A DNA stretch of 64,000 bases from Candidatus Caldarchaeales archaeon. Its GTDB lineage: Archaea; Thermoproteota; Nitrososphaeria_A; Caldarchaeales; Calditenuaceae. Position 1 is the first letter of the stretch. Each line of letters begins with the position of its first letter. The translations under genes were made by a program, and so were the position numbers. The notes under the pieces are model-generated. The model was not told where the DNA came from. It saw nothing but the letters and a program-made list of their open reading frames with translations, and ran no database searches. Shown here piece by piece: positions 1 to 9,695 of the stretch. The stretch lies in the NCBI GenBank assembly GCA_039630085.1, contig JBCNVM010000004.1, positions 1 to 64,000 of the forward strand, in the 5' to 3' direction.

Positions 1-380
1 CATGGTGTATCTTTAAACACTTAAAAAGCGTTAATATAAAGCCTTACTACACAGACTCGACTCGATAATTAAACAACAATTATCATAAGCGACGGTGCCT
101 TTCATTCTCTGCCATCCACACTATGGTAGATCAGGCTTCTTATGACTACTAATATACGTGTTGGAAAACATAGGCGCTAAAAAAGACGCAAAGCAAAGAG
201 GTAGATTAGAAAGAATGAATAGCCGATAAAAACTGTGAGGAAATCCTCGTTAAACTTCTTTGCGAGGACACTCGCCCACCGCATCTCATCGTATCGCTGA
301 GCGATTTAAGAAACTTTCCCGCCCAGACGAGGCTCTGGGAACCGAGGGACCCTAATTAAGGGCCCGCAATCAAGGAGTAC

Positions 381-1052
381 GTGCCGGTCCTGAAGGAGAG
401 GGAGCGGAAGTACGTGAAGTCGCTCTTCGAGAAGGAGCTCTCGGGAGAGGTCAGGCTGGTGGTCGCTACCCAGAGGTTCGAGTGCGAGGGCTGCGAGGTC
501 ACGAGGAGCATCGTGGAGGAGCTCGCGGAACTCTCTAACCAGATCAATGTGGAGGTCTACGACCTCGAGGGTGACGCCGAGAAGCTCAGGAAATGGGGCG
601 TCGACAAGATACCGGCGCTGCTGGTCTTCGGCAGGAGGGAGTACGGCGTGCGGTACTTCGGGATGCCGACCGGTTACGAGTTCGCCGCGCTACTCGACGA
701 CATCGTCGACGTCTCAAGGGGCACCTCGAGGCTCTCCCAGACGACCAAACAGAGGCTCTCGGAGATCAGGGAGCCGGTGCACATTCAGGTCTTCGTGACG
801 CCCACCTGCCCCTACTGCCCGAAGGCGGTGAGGGTAGCGCACCAGATGGCCATCGAGAACGAGCACGTGGTCGCGGACATGATCGAGGCTTTAGAGTTCC
901 CCCACCTAGCCAACAGGTACGGCGTGATGGCGGTCCCAAAGGTCGTGATTAACGAGGAGGTGGCGTTCGAGGGCGCGCTCCCGGAGCACTACTTCCTAGA
1001 ATACGTCTTCCACGCCCTCGAGCACCGGCGCGGTCACCAGCATCGACACTGA
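381..1052 (+). CDS. Protein disulfide oxidoreductase (two thioredoxin folds, AhpF N-terminal-like)
   Basis: Two CxxC motifs (CEGC, CPYC), YFGMPTGYEF and VMAVPK motifs; His-rich C-terminal tail. Confidence 0.9.
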   Translation: MPVLKERERKYVKSLFEKELSGEVRLVVATQRFECEGCEVTRSIVEELAELSNQINVEVYDLEGDAEKLRKWGVDKIPALLVFGRREYGVRYFGMPTGYEFAALLDDIVDVSRGTSRLSQTTKQRLSEIREPVHIQVFVTPTCPYCPKAVRVAHQMAIENEHVVADMIEALEFPHLANRYGVMAVPKVVINEEVAFEGALPEHYFLEYVFHALEHRRGHQHRH

Positions 1053-1065
1053 GGGCGGACGCAGG

Positions 1066-2118
1066 TCACGGCCTAGAGGGCTCGTCGAGGGTCACGCAGT
1101 GGAACCCGCCCAGCCCGTAGAAGAGCTCTTCGGCCCTGATGGTGACGAGCTTCCTCCCGCGGAACGCCTCCGCTATGACCGAGGTCGCCGCGTCGTCGGT
1201 CTCCTTGCCGAAGACCGGGACTATCACGCTCCCGTTGGTGACGTAGAAGTTCAGGTATGTCGCGGGGACTGGTTCGCCCAGAACCCTGACCTCGGGAGGC
1301 ATAGGCACCCCTACGACCTTTAGGTCGGACCCGGCGGCCTTCAGCTGCTCCTCGAGCTCCCTCCGGGATGCCTCGAGCCTTTCGGCGTTCGGACCACCGG
1401 ACTTGTCCTCTCCGATGAGCACCACACCTCCTTCGCCGAACCTAACGAACGTGTCCACGTGGCCCCGGGTGTCGTCGCCGACGATGCCCCTGCTCAGCCA
1501 GATGACCCTGCTCACGCCGAGGTGGTTCCTAAGCACCGACTCCATAGCCCTTTTAGTGGTCCTCCCGTTCCTCCTGACGTCTAGGACGCACTCCTTCGTG
1601 ACTATCGCCTCGCCGGTCGGTCCTATCTCGACCATTCCTCCCTCGACGACGTGGTTCGATAGGAAGCAGATGTCCGCTGCCATCTCCAAGACCCTGAGAC
1701 CGGTCAGGTCGTCAGCCATCAGCTCCGGGTAAAGCCCTCCCCAGGCGTTGAACGCGAACTTGACGCCCCCCAGACCCCTTCGGCCCGTGAGGAACATCGG
1801 ACCGTAGTCACGGATCCAGACGTCCTGTGCCGGTATCCTGATGAGTTGAACGCCGTCCAATCCGATCGACCTGCTGAGGGTGAGCTCCGCGTCCCTCATC
1901 GCCTGCGCGTGACCGACGATCAGCTTGACCCTCTCAGACGACCTTATCGCGTCGATCAGCCTGACGTAGATCTCCTTGACCCTCTCCATGACGGGCTCCG
2001 GGAATGTCCCCTCGTTGTCAGGCCAGACGAGCCATGTCGCCTCGTGCCGGACCGTCTCGGGAGGCCTCTTCAACCCCAGCTTCGCGGGATGCAGTTGAAG
2101 GGATTTTAGGCCGCTCAA
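1066..2118 (-). CDS. aguA: Agmatine deiminase (peptidyl-arginine deiminase family)
   Basis: DVWIRDYGP, EGG, GHVD and GGFHCVT motifs; start moved to TTG at 2118, overlapping the aguB stop by 4 bp. Confidence 0.88.
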   Translation of the reverse strand: MSGLKSLQLHPAKLGLKRPPETVRHEATWLVWPDNEGTFPEPVMERVKEIYVRLIDAIRSSERVKLIVGHAQAMRDAELTLSRSIGLDGVQLIRIPAQDVWIRDYGPMFLTGRRGLGGVKFAFNAWGGLYPELMADDLTGLRVLEMAADICFLSNHVVEGGMVEIGPTGEAIVTKECVLDVRRNGRTTKRAMESVLRNHLGVSRVIWLSRGIVGDDTRGHVDTFVRFGEGGVVLIGEDKSGGPNAERLEASRRELEEQLKAAGSDLKVVGVPMPPEVRVLGEPVPATYLNFYVTNGSVIVPVFGKETDDAATSVIAEAFRGRKLVTIRAEELFYGLGGFHCVTLDEPSRP

Positions 2119-2972
2119 GTGACGACCCTCCCGTAGAGCTCGGGCCTCCGGCAACTGAAGAACCTCCACCCCTCCCTGATCCTCTCCCCGAGATTCAGGT
2201 CGACCCGCCTCACCAGCACGCCCTCCTCATCGACACCCATTCTCGCGACGACCGATCCGAACTGGTCCGCGATGAAGGACGAGCCCCAGAATGCGATCCG
2301 CCCCTCCTCTCCGGTCCTGTTCACCGCGACCACGGCGACGCTGTTGGCTATCGCGTGTCCCCTCTGGACGACCTCCCATGCCTCCCTCCAGTCGCCCTCG
2401 GTCTGGGTTACACCGCTGACCCAGCCTATCGCGGTCGGGTAGAAGATCACCTCGGCGCCGTTGAGGGCATAGGCTCTCGCGGGCTCGGGGAACCACTGAT
2501 CGAAGCATATCAGGACCCCGACTTTCGCCTCGCGCACCAAGAACGGTCTCAGTTTCGAGTCGCCTGGCGAGAAGTATAGGTCCTCGTGGTAGCACTCGTC
2601 ACCCGGTATGTGAGTCTTTCGGTACTTGCCCTCGACACGACCTCTTTCGTCTATTATGACGGAAGTATTATAATATTTCTCGCCCTCTCGCTCAACAAGT
2701 GATCCGGCCACGAGGCAGATCCCGTAGGTCCTGCATGCGGACCGCAACTCCTCTAATATCGGGGTGAAGAGCTGAGCGTAGTCCTCGATGACGGACTGTG
2801 GGACGTCCCTGTGTTGGGGGAAGTACCTGTAAGCGAAAAGCTCGGGGAGGCAAAGGACGTCAGCACCCGAAGCGCTGGCCTCTCGAACGAAGTCGACAGC
2901 GGCCTTGACGTTCTCGGATACGCTCTCCCTGACCCTGAACTGGGATATTCCCACGGAGAGGGTCCTCCTCAT
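2115..2972 (-). CDS. aguB: N-carbamoylputrescine amidase (nitrilase family)
   Basis: LPELF, YRKTHIP, ICFDQWFPE and QRGHAIAN motifs; coupled to agmatine deiminase. Confidence 0.85.
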   Translation of the reverse strand: MRRTLSVGISQFRVRESVSENVKAAVDFVREASASGADVLCLPELFAYRYFPQHRDVPQSVIEDYAQLFTPILEELRSACRTYGICLVAGSLVEREGEKYYNTSVIIDERGRVEGKYRKTHIPGDECYHEDLYFSPGDSKLRPFLVREAKVGVLICFDQWFPEPARAYALNGAEVIFYPTAIGWVSGVTQTEGDWREAWEVVQRGHAIANSVAVVAVNRTGEEGRIAFWGSSFIADQFGSVVARMGVDEEGVLVRRVDLNLGERIREGWRFFSCRRPELYGRVVT

Positions 2973-3040
2973 CTGCCGCGAAGGCTCCTGCGCGCTAAAT
3001 TAAGTAACGTTTTATTTCCGGGGTCTGAGTCGCTGATGGA

Positions 3041-3457
3041 ATGAGGCTGCTGGTCAGGGACGTGATGAAGGGTCCCGTGGTCACGATCAGGCCGGAGGAC
3101 ACCGTCTGGCAGGCGCTCGAGCTCATGGCCTCACAGGACATAGGGGCCGTTGTGGTCGCTGACGGGTTGACGCCACTCGGAATAATCACGGAGAGCGACG
3201 TCGTTAGGGCCTTGACCAACAAGGGGTTAAGCGTGCTCGATCTGTTGACGACGAGGGCTGGCGACCTGATGTCCAGGCCGCTCAACACCTGCTCCCCCGA
3301 TGACCCGCTCGCGGAGGCCGTCAGGCTGATGGTCGAGAAGCGGATTAGGAGGGTGCCGGTGGTAGAGGGAGGGAGGCTCGTGGGGATCGTCACGGAGAGG
3401 GACTGCCTCCGGGCCCTTCATCAGCTGCTCGTGCGGGAGGAGACTAACTTAGGTTGA
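3041..3457 (+). CDS. CBS-domain pair protein
   Basis: VRDVM, GIITESD, IRRVPVV and GIVTERD CBS repeats. Confidence 0.9.
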   Translation: MRLLVRDVMKGPVVTIRPEDTVWQALELMASQDIGAVVVADGLTPLGIITESDVVRALTNKGLSVLDLLTTRAGDLMSRPLNTCSPDDPLAEAVRLMVEKRIRRVPVVEGGRLVGIVTERDCLRALHQLLVREETNLG

Positions 3458-4169
3458 CGATGACCCTCACCTGACACTTGACTCCGTGCTCCGAGCCCAA
3501 CCTCTGGACGGAGTCGGCGATCGAGGCCAGCGCGAAGACGCCGACGGGGTTCGCGCCGGACCTTACTGCCATCCTGTAGAGGGCGGCGACGGTCCTTCCC
3601 GACCTTATCACGTCGTCGACGATGAGGACGTTGTCGTTCCTCCTCAAGGCCCTTCTAGGGATGTAAAGGTACTCGACTACGGGGGGCGACCTGATCACCC
3701 TCTCCTCTATGAACTCGTCGTAAACTGGGTCCTTCCAGTCCTTCGCGACGACGAGCTCGGCGCCGAGCTCCGACGCGACGGACGTGGCGTAGGGGATGCC
3801 GTCGGTCGCGACAGTGAGGACCTTCGTCGGCCTGTGGGCCCTGAACGCGGCACAGCCGGTCAACGCTATCAACCTCAGGAGGTTGGGATCCCTCATCGCG
3901 ACCGAGAGGTCGTAGAGTCCCTCACCGGTCTTCTTGATCACCGACTGGATCAGCTCAGGAAGGACCTGCTCCGTCACGTACGCTAGGATCGCTTCCGCCC
4001 GTCGCCTGCTCGGGAGCGACCGGCCGTTCGAGTACCTGCTCAGCACCGATGGCGAGATGTCGAGGGCCTCAGCGACCCTCTTCTGGCCCAGCCACCTCTT
4101 CACGACGAAGAGCGCCTCGATCGCCGCGAGCCTCGTCCGGACGTCGACGGCCTTCTCGCCGAGCATCAC
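3444..4169 (-). CDS. HTH-phosphoribosyltransferase fusion (PurR/adenine PRTase-like regulator)
   Basis: N-terminal XRE-like HTH (VAEALDISPSVLSRY); PRPP-binding loop VLIVDDVIRSGRT. Confidence 0.8.
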   Translation of the reverse strand: MMLGEKAVDVRTRLAAIEALFVVKRWLGQKRVAEALDISPSVLSRYSNGRSLPSRRRAEAILAYVTEQVLPELIQSVIKKTGEGLYDLSVAMRDPNLLRLIALTGCAAFRAHRPTKVLTVATDGIPYATSVASELGAELVVAKDWKDPVYDEFIEERVIRSPPVVEYLYIPRRALRRNDNVLIVDDVIRSGRTVAALYRMAVRSGANPVGVFALASIADSVQRLGSEHGVKCQVRVIVNLS

Positions 4170-4283
4170 ACTTCCTGTGCAAAGTACGTTTTAAGTCCAC
4201 CGCAGTTACATGCCCGACTTTCACCTGATTCGGGCTACGGCTCGGGTCAACAGATATTATTTAATCATGCGGCTGTATGGTGA

Positions 4284-5276
4284 ATGCGGAAGGTCTTCAG
4301 GAGGTCCCTTACCCTTACCGGAGGCCGGTCCTACAGCGTGGTCCTCCCCAAGGACTGGGTGAAGACCAACAACCTGCGGAGGGGGGACGCGCTTCTAATA
4401 GAGGTCCGCGACGATGGAGGTCTGCTCGTGAGGCCAGAAAGGGCCAAGAGGGGCGAGAGGGACCTCAGCGAGTCCGTCACGATAGGTGTCGGACCTCTGC
4501 TTTACAGGGATCTCATCGCCGCGTACCTCGCCGGGTACGACAAGATCGTCATAAAGTCCTCCGAGGGCATCGCGAGCTCGTACAGGGAGCTCGTGAAGCG
4601 GACAGTGAGGTCCCTCACGGGGGCCGAGGTGATATCGGAGGGTCACGACGTCATCGAGGTGCAGGTCCTCTTGGACGCGGGCCTCATAGAGCCCGAGAGG
4701 GTCCTGACCAGAGAGAACGCGCTGGTCGTCAGCAACCTCTCGATGGTCCTAGAGGCGGTCAAGAGTTGGGACCCCGACGAGGCCGCCAACGTCATCATGA
4801 TGGACGAGGAGGTCGACAGGCACTACTTCACTTTCGTCAGGGTCGTCAGAAGTTACGCCCTCGGAGCCTCGTCCCCAAGGGGGCGCGACCTGTCTCCGAT
4901 CAGGCTGCTGGACATGAGGGTCGTCGCGAAGTTCATCGAAGACGTTGGCGACCGGGTGGTCAAGATCGCTGAGGTCATTAGGTCCAGCCCGATCCCGCCG
5001 GATCCGGGAAGCTGGCCTCGGGAGCGGCTGTACGAGGCCGCCAGCCCCCTGATCAGGACGCAGAAGGGAGTCTTCGAGGCTTTCGTGAGGAACGACTCCG
5101 ACTTGGCGAACGCCGTCATCGCTGAAGTCGCAGGGGTCAGGCGACGGATCTCAAATGTTCAGGTCGCAGGTGAGGTCACCTCCACGAGGGCGCACCAGCT
5201 CATCGCCTCCGAGCTTCTGAGGATCTGCGACGATCAGATCGACATCGCGGACATCGCAGCCCCGTTCCCCAAGTGA
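4284..5276 (+). CDS. AbrB/PhoU-domain phosphate uptake regulator
   Basis: TGGRSYSVVLPKDWV AbrB motif; AAYLAGYD; PhoU repeats (DEEVDR, IEDVGD). Confidence 0.85.
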   Translation: MRKVFRRSLTLTGGRSYSVVLPKDWVKTNNLRRGDALLIEVRDDGGLLVRPERAKRGERDLSESVTIGVGPLLYRDLIAAYLAGYDKIVIKSSEGIASSYRELVKRTVRSLTGAEVISEGHDVIEVQVLLDAGLIEPERVLTRENALVVSNLSMVLEAVKSWDPDEAANVIMMDEEVDRHYFTFVRVVRSYALGASSPRGRDLSPIRLLDMRVVAKFIEDVGDRVVKIAEVIRSSPIPPDPGSWPRERLYEAASPLIRTQKGVFEAFVRNDSDLANAVIAEVAGVRRRISNVQVAGEVTSTRAHQLIASELLRICDDQIDIADIAAPFPK

Positions 5277-5280
5277 TGCC

Positions 5281-6150
5281 TCAGCCGGTGCCGAACGAGT
5301 CTATCTCGATCATCGACCTCGTGACTCCTCCCTTCTCGAGCTTCTGGATCATCCCGTCGGTGCCCCTCTCCCTGTCGCCGGCGATGAACTTCGCACCCCC
5401 GCAGATACCATAATAGGCCGAGTCCCAGCCTGCGACCCTGTCCCTTATGTCGTCGAAGAAGACGTGCCGGCCCAGTATCGTGTCTACCCTCCCGCCCCTG
5501 TCGTCGCCGAGGAGGAGCTCGTCGATTATCTCCTGGCGCGAGACGTCGTGCTCCCTCGTGAAGTTGATCACCAGCCGGAGCCTCGGGAACTCGTCCATCA
5601 GCCTCGGGATCGTCCCCCTGTAGATGAAGTCCCTCCTAGTCCGGTTGACGTAGAAGATGTAGACGTCGACGTCCAGTCCCCTGTCGGACGCGTAGTCGAC
5701 GAAGCACTTGAACGGGACTATCCCGCTCGAGGCTCCTAGGAATACTAAAGTCTTGAGCGTGCCCTCCTCGATCATCTGGAGGGCCTTCCTCATGAACCGG
5801 CCGTAGGGCCCCTCGATCGTGACGATGTCGCCAGGCCTCGCGAGCTGATGGAAGTACGGCGCGAAGGTCCCGCCCTCGCTCTTTATCATGAGCTCGAAGG
5901 TCCCGTCGCGGGTCCTAATCGGCGACCCCGCTATCGAGTAGAACCTGAAGTCGCCCCTCTTCAGCGGCGTGTCGAAGTACAGCTTCACGTCCTGACCCGG
6001 GTGGTAGTCGAAAATCGGCATGTCGCTGACGTTCTTGAAGAAATAGGTCTTGGCGAGCTCGGTCTCGTCGATGATCTCGGTAATCACCAGATCGTATTGG
6101 TACACCTTTTGGCCTCCCTGTATCACCTCTCGGACTTTCCTCAGTTCCAT
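5281..6150 (-). CDS. Ferredoxin-NADP+ reductase-like FAD/NAD(P)-binding oxidoreductase
   Basis: PGQ, RFYSIA, GPYGRF, SSGIVPF and ICG motifs; start taken at ATG 6150 because the longer ORF overlaps sdhC. Confidence 0.8.
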   Translation of the reverse strand: MELRKVREVIQGGQKVYQYDLVITEIIDETELAKTYFFKNVSDMPIFDYHPGQDVKLYFDTPLKRGDFRFYSIAGSPIRTRDGTFELMIKSEGGTFAPYFHQLARPGDIVTIEGPYGRFMRKALQMIEEGTLKTLVFLGASSGIVPFKCFVDYASDRGLDVDVYIFYVNRTRRDFIYRGTIPRLMDEFPRLRLVINFTREHDVSRQEIIDELLLGDDRGGRVDTILGRHVFFDDIRDRVAGWDSAYYGICGGAKFIAGDRERGTDGMIQKLEKGGVTRSMIEIDSFGTG

Positions 6151-6279
6151 CCTCAGCCTACGCTCTAACCCCTCAGCTTTAAACCAAATTTGCCGCGGCT
6201 TACCGTCCGAGCCCATCGGAGGCTCATCGCGGAGAAGCCGAAATACAGCTATTAGGCGTGTGAATAACATAGGGAGTCG

Positions 6280-6771
6280 ATGAGGACCGCCAGGTCCCAA
6301 TCGAGGTCTTACCCACTAGTGCTGAAGACCATGCTCGTGCCGGTCGGTTACACGGTGGAGAGGTGGAGCTACACGCTTCAGCGCGTCACCGGGGTGGTCG
6401 TGACGCTCTACTTCGTCCTCCACGTCGTGGAGACCGGGAACTTCATCGGGGGTCCGTCCGTCTGGTACGTGCCCTCAAAGGACTTCGCGGCCGCCTATTA
6501 CCAACACGTGAAGGAGCTGCTTCACAACCCCCTCTTCGACGCCGGCCTGATCGTCATAGGCTGGATGTTAGCCTTCCATACGATCAACGGCATAAGGCTC
6601 ACGCTGGCCCACTTCGGCGTCACGCTCGGGAGGCCCGCGAGGGTCGACCCCGAGAGCCCGCCGAGGTCCTTCAGCAGCCTCCAAAGGGCGATCTTCTGGG
6701 CATCGATAGCCCTCGCGACATTCGCGGCCGTCTACTCCGTCGACGCCCTCTTCGGGGTGTTGAGCGGATGA
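6280..6771 (+). CDS. sdhC: Succinate dehydrogenase cytochrome b subunit
   Basis: LQRVTG, FHTINGIR motifs, hydrophobic helices, upstream of sdhD and sdhB; start uncertain. Confidence 0.85.
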   Translation: MRTARSQSRSYPLVLKTMLVPVGYTVERWSYTLQRVTGVVVTLYFVLHVVETGNFIGGPSVWYVPSKDFAAAYYQHVKELLHNPLFDAGLIVIGWMLAFHTINGIRLTLAHFGVTLGRPARVDPESPPRSFSSLQRAIFWASIALATFAAVYSVDALFGVLSG

Positions 6772-7139
6772 GAGAGCGCAACGTGATGCTGCTGCACTAC
6801 GTCTCGGGGATCGGCATCCTGGTCTTCGGTGCGGTTCACCTCTTCACGGTCTTCTTCACGAAGCCGCTCGGCGAGACGATCTGGGAGACGACGATGCTCT
6901 TCGAGGGACACCGGTTCGCCGTCCTCGAGGTCTACAGGAACGCGCTCCTCGCGACGTCGCTCTGGTTCCTGCTGCTCTTCACGACCATCCACGCCCTCAA
7001 CGGCCTCAGGGTCATCATCACGGAGCTCTTCCCGGTCCGAGCAGTCCGGACGGCCTCGAAGTACGTCCTCCTCGCGCTGGGCGTCTTCCTGATGGTCTAC
7101 GGCACAAGAACCATAATCATCGCGCACATGATCGGGTGA
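6768..7139 (+). CDS. sdhD: Succinate dehydrogenase membrane anchor
   Basis: LHYVSG, HALNGLR motifs; ATG at 6768 overlaps the sdhC stop (ATGA). Confidence 0.82.
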   Translation: MRERNVMLLHYVSGIGILVFGAVHLFTVFFTKPLGETIWETTMLFEGHRFAVLEVYRNALLATSLWFLLLFTTIHALNGLRVIITELFPVRAVRTASKYVLLALGVFLMVYGTRTIIIAHMIG

Positions 7140-7143
7140 GGGC

Positions 7144-7851
7144 ATGAGGTCTGTCAGGCTGACGGTTTACAGGTTCGACCCGACGAGCGGCGAGAGGCCG
7201 AGGTACGCGACCTACGAGGTCCCTTACAGGAGCGGGATGACAGTGCTCGACACCCTCCTGTACGTCAAGGAGAGGCTTGACCACACACTCGCCGTCAGGT
7301 ACTCCTGTAGGATGGGGATCTGCGGGTCATGCGGGATGACGGTGAACGGCCTGCCTAGGCTCGCCTGCTACACTCAGGTCAAGGAGGTCGGCCGGCGGAT
7401 CAAGGTCGAGCCCCTGAAGAACCACCCGTTGGTGAGGGACCTCGTCACCGACTTCACCGACTTCTTCAGGAAGCACAAGTCCGTGAAGCCCTGGTTGATC
7501 AGGACCGACAGGGAGGAGCAGGAGAGCCCCACGAAACAATACACCCAGTCCGACGCGGAGCTCGAGCGCTACATCCAGTTCTCCTACTGCATAGCCTGCG
7601 GCCTCTGCTACGCCGCGTGCCCCGTCGTGACCGCCCTGCCCGAATTCCCCGGGCCTCAGGCCCTCGCGAGCCTCTACCGCTTCCTCGCGGACACTAGGGA
7701 CCACGGCCGCAAGGAGAGGCTCAGGATCGTCGACGAGGCCGTGGGCCTTTGGAGGTGCCACTTCGCAGGATCCTGCTCCCAGGTCTGTCCGAAGGGAGTC
7801 GACCCGGCCCTCGCGATACAACTGCTCAGGAGGGAAGCGATCAGGGTTTGA
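7144..7851 (+). CDS. sdhB: Succinate dehydrogenase Fe-S subunit
   Basis: SCRMGICGSC, CIACGLCYAACP and CHFAGSCSQVCP clusters. Confidence 0.95.
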   Translation: MRSVRLTVYRFDPTSGERPRYATYEVPYRSGMTVLDTLLYVKERLDHTLAVRYSCRMGICGSCGMTVNGLPRLACYTQVKEVGRRIKVEPLKNHPLVRDLVTDFTDFFRKHKSVKPWLIRTDREEQESPTKQYTQSDAELERYIQFSYCIACGLCYAACPVVTALPEFPGPQALASLYRFLADTRDHGRKERLRIVDEAVGLWRCHFAGSCSQVCPKGVDPALAIQLLRREAIRV

Positions 7852-8300
7852 GGGTAAGGCAGGTCGACGTCTCGGGGAAGGAGGAGGTCCTAAGGGAGGC
7901 GATCGCGGAGGGTTACCTGAGGCTCAGGCCCGAGACCGTCAGGAGGATCGTCGAGGGCAAGCTGGAGAAGGGGGACCCGATCGCGCTCGCCGAAGTCGGA
8001 GGCCTGATCGCGGCCAAGGAGACTCCGAAGCTCCTACCGCTTTGCCACCAGCTGAGGCTTGAGAAGGTCGAGGTCGACCTGACCGTCGACGAGGGAAGCT
8101 CCTGCGTGAGGGCGAGGTCCTTCGTCAGGGCCCGCGAGAGGACGGGAGTTGAGATGGAGGCACTAGTTGCGGTCACCGTCGCGCTGCTGAACGTTTGGGA
8201 CGCGGTCAAGCAGTACGAGAAGGACGAGTCGGGCCAATACCCTCACGCCGAGATCTTCGGGGTCAGGGTCCTCTCGAAGGTCAAGGGTGAAGGGGCATAG
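7848..8300 (+). CDS. moaC: Cyclic pyranopterin monophosphate synthase
   Basis: KGD, LPLCH, TGVEMEAL motifs; TTG start at 7848 overlaps the sdhB stop. Confidence 0.92.
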   Translation: MRVRQVDVSGKEEVLREAIAEGYLRLRPETVRRIVEGKLEKGDPIALAEVGGLIAAKETPKLLPLCHQLRLEKVEVDLTVDEGSSCVRARSFVRARERTGVEMEALVAVTVALLNVWDAVKQYEKDESGQYPHAEIFGVRVLSKVKGEGA

Positions 8301-8305
8301 CGAGG

Positions 8306-9088
8306 GTGAGGCTCGTACTGTTGGGGACGGGGTCCCTCAAGCCGACGGCCCTGAGGTACGGGAGCTCAGTCCTGCTCGAGCTGTCGAGGATTAGGTTGCT
8401 CCTGGACTGCGGCCCCTCGACGCTCGCCAAGCTCGCTAGGCTAGGGGTGGACGCTAGGGACCTCGACGCGGTCTTCCTCTCGCACTTCCACATCGACCAC
8501 ACCTCCGACGTCCCCGACCTGATCACCTCGCTCAGCATGGATAGGTCCGGAAGGCCGAGCCCGCCCGAGAGACCCCTCAGGCTGTTAGGGGGCGAGGGTC
8601 TGAAGGACTTCCTCGACGCGGCGCTGCGTCGAAACCCCTACTATGGCTACGCGGCGGAGTGGATGGACCAGCTGAACCTCGCGGAGGCGGTCGAGCTCCG
8701 TCCGGGCCAGGAATATGTGCTTAAGGGCCTTCGGCTCAAAGTCGCGGAGGTTGATCACCCGAACGGCGTCGCGGTGCGAATCTCCTCGCCGGGCCTTTCG
8801 GTCACCTACTCGGGCGACACGGCCCCTTGCGAGCAGCTGGTCGAGTTGGCGAAGGGGACCGATGTCCTGATCCACGAGTGCTCCTTCCCCGACGAGGCGC
8901 TGATGGGGAAGCACACCTCCGAGAGGGGCCTCGCGGAGGTCACCTCAAGGGTGATGCCGAGGCTGCTGATCGCGACCCACCTCTATCCCCACTGGGAGGG
9001 AAGAGAGCACGAGATACCGGAGGCAGTCCGGAGGCTCTGCGAGGCGAGGACCGTCGTCGCTCGGGACATGCTCGAGGTCAGACTCTAG
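8306..9088 (+). CDS. Metallo-beta-lactamase fold hydrolase (RNase Z-like)
   Basis: LLGTG, LDCG, SHFHIDH, YSGDT, LIHEC, HLYP motifs. Confidence 0.85.
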   Translation: MRLVLLGTGSLKPTALRYGSSVLLELSRIRLLLDCGPSTLAKLARLGVDARDLDAVFLSHFHIDHTSDVPDLITSLSMDRSGRPSPPERPLRLLGGEGLKDFLDAALRRNPYYGYAAEWMDQLNLAEAVELRPGQEYVLKGLRLKVAEVDHPNGVAVRISSPGLSVTYSGDTAPCEQLVELAKGTDVLIHECSFPDEALMGKHTSERGLAEVTSRVMPRLLIATHLYPHWEGREHEIPEAVRRLCEARTVVARDMLEVRL

Positions 9089-9611
9089 GCCTCTCCCTCA
9101 ACTCCGGAAGCCTCACGCCCTTCTGGCCTTGGTATTTGCCCCTGTAGGGCGACGATACCTCTGAGGTCAGCTTCGCGAAGACCACGTGGAGGAACCTCTG
9201 GCCGGCGTGGAGCCTCACGGGGAACTCTCCTCCTACCATCTCGATCGTAAGCTGTCCCTCGAAGTCGGCGTCTATGATGGTTGGCGGGATGGACAGCCCG
9301 AGCCTAGCGAAGGTGCTCCTCAGGTTCACGAAGCCCATGAGGTCCTTCGGCATCGAGACGTACTCGACCGTGTGGAGGAGGACGTGCTCCCTCGGCCTTA
9401 TCACGAACGAGCCCCCCCGCTCAATCTGGTAGAACCTTCTGACGTCGCCGTCCATCGTGTCGAGGACCTCCTCTACAGGCCGAAGCCTCGCGATCTCCTC
9501 TCCTATCCTGAGGTCGAGGCCGTTCTCTCTGACCGTGTCCTCGAAGATCGGGTCGACCCGAAGCCTCCCGCTCTTGATGTAGTTCCAGAGGTCGAAGTCC
9601 GAGAGTATCAT
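9078..9611 (-). CDS. dcd: dCTP deaminase
   Basis: MILSD, RSTFARLG, IDADFEGQLTIE, YRGKYQGQ motifs. Confidence 0.93.
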   Translation of the reverse strand: MILSDFDLWNYIKSGRLRVDPIFEDTVRENGLDLRIGEEIARLRPVEEVLDTMDGDVRRFYQIERGGSFVIRPREHVLLHTVEYVSMPKDLMGFVNLRSTFARLGLSIPPTIIDADFEGQLTIEMVGGEFPVRLHAGQRFLHVVFAKLTSEVSSPYRGKYQGQKGVRLPELRERPRV

Positions 9612-9695
9612 CTCATCCGGACGCTTCAGCCCCTCGAGAAATAATGAGCTTTGTTTCCTCGCCCCTGACGACTTGATCTCCGGATTCGGTAGGTA

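Noticed and set aside
1-310. CRISPR array
   Set aside because: No regularly spaced direct repeats are visible
6363-6767. N-terminal half of the 258-aa ORF
   Set aside because: Shadow frame of sdhC; sdhD starts at ATG 6768
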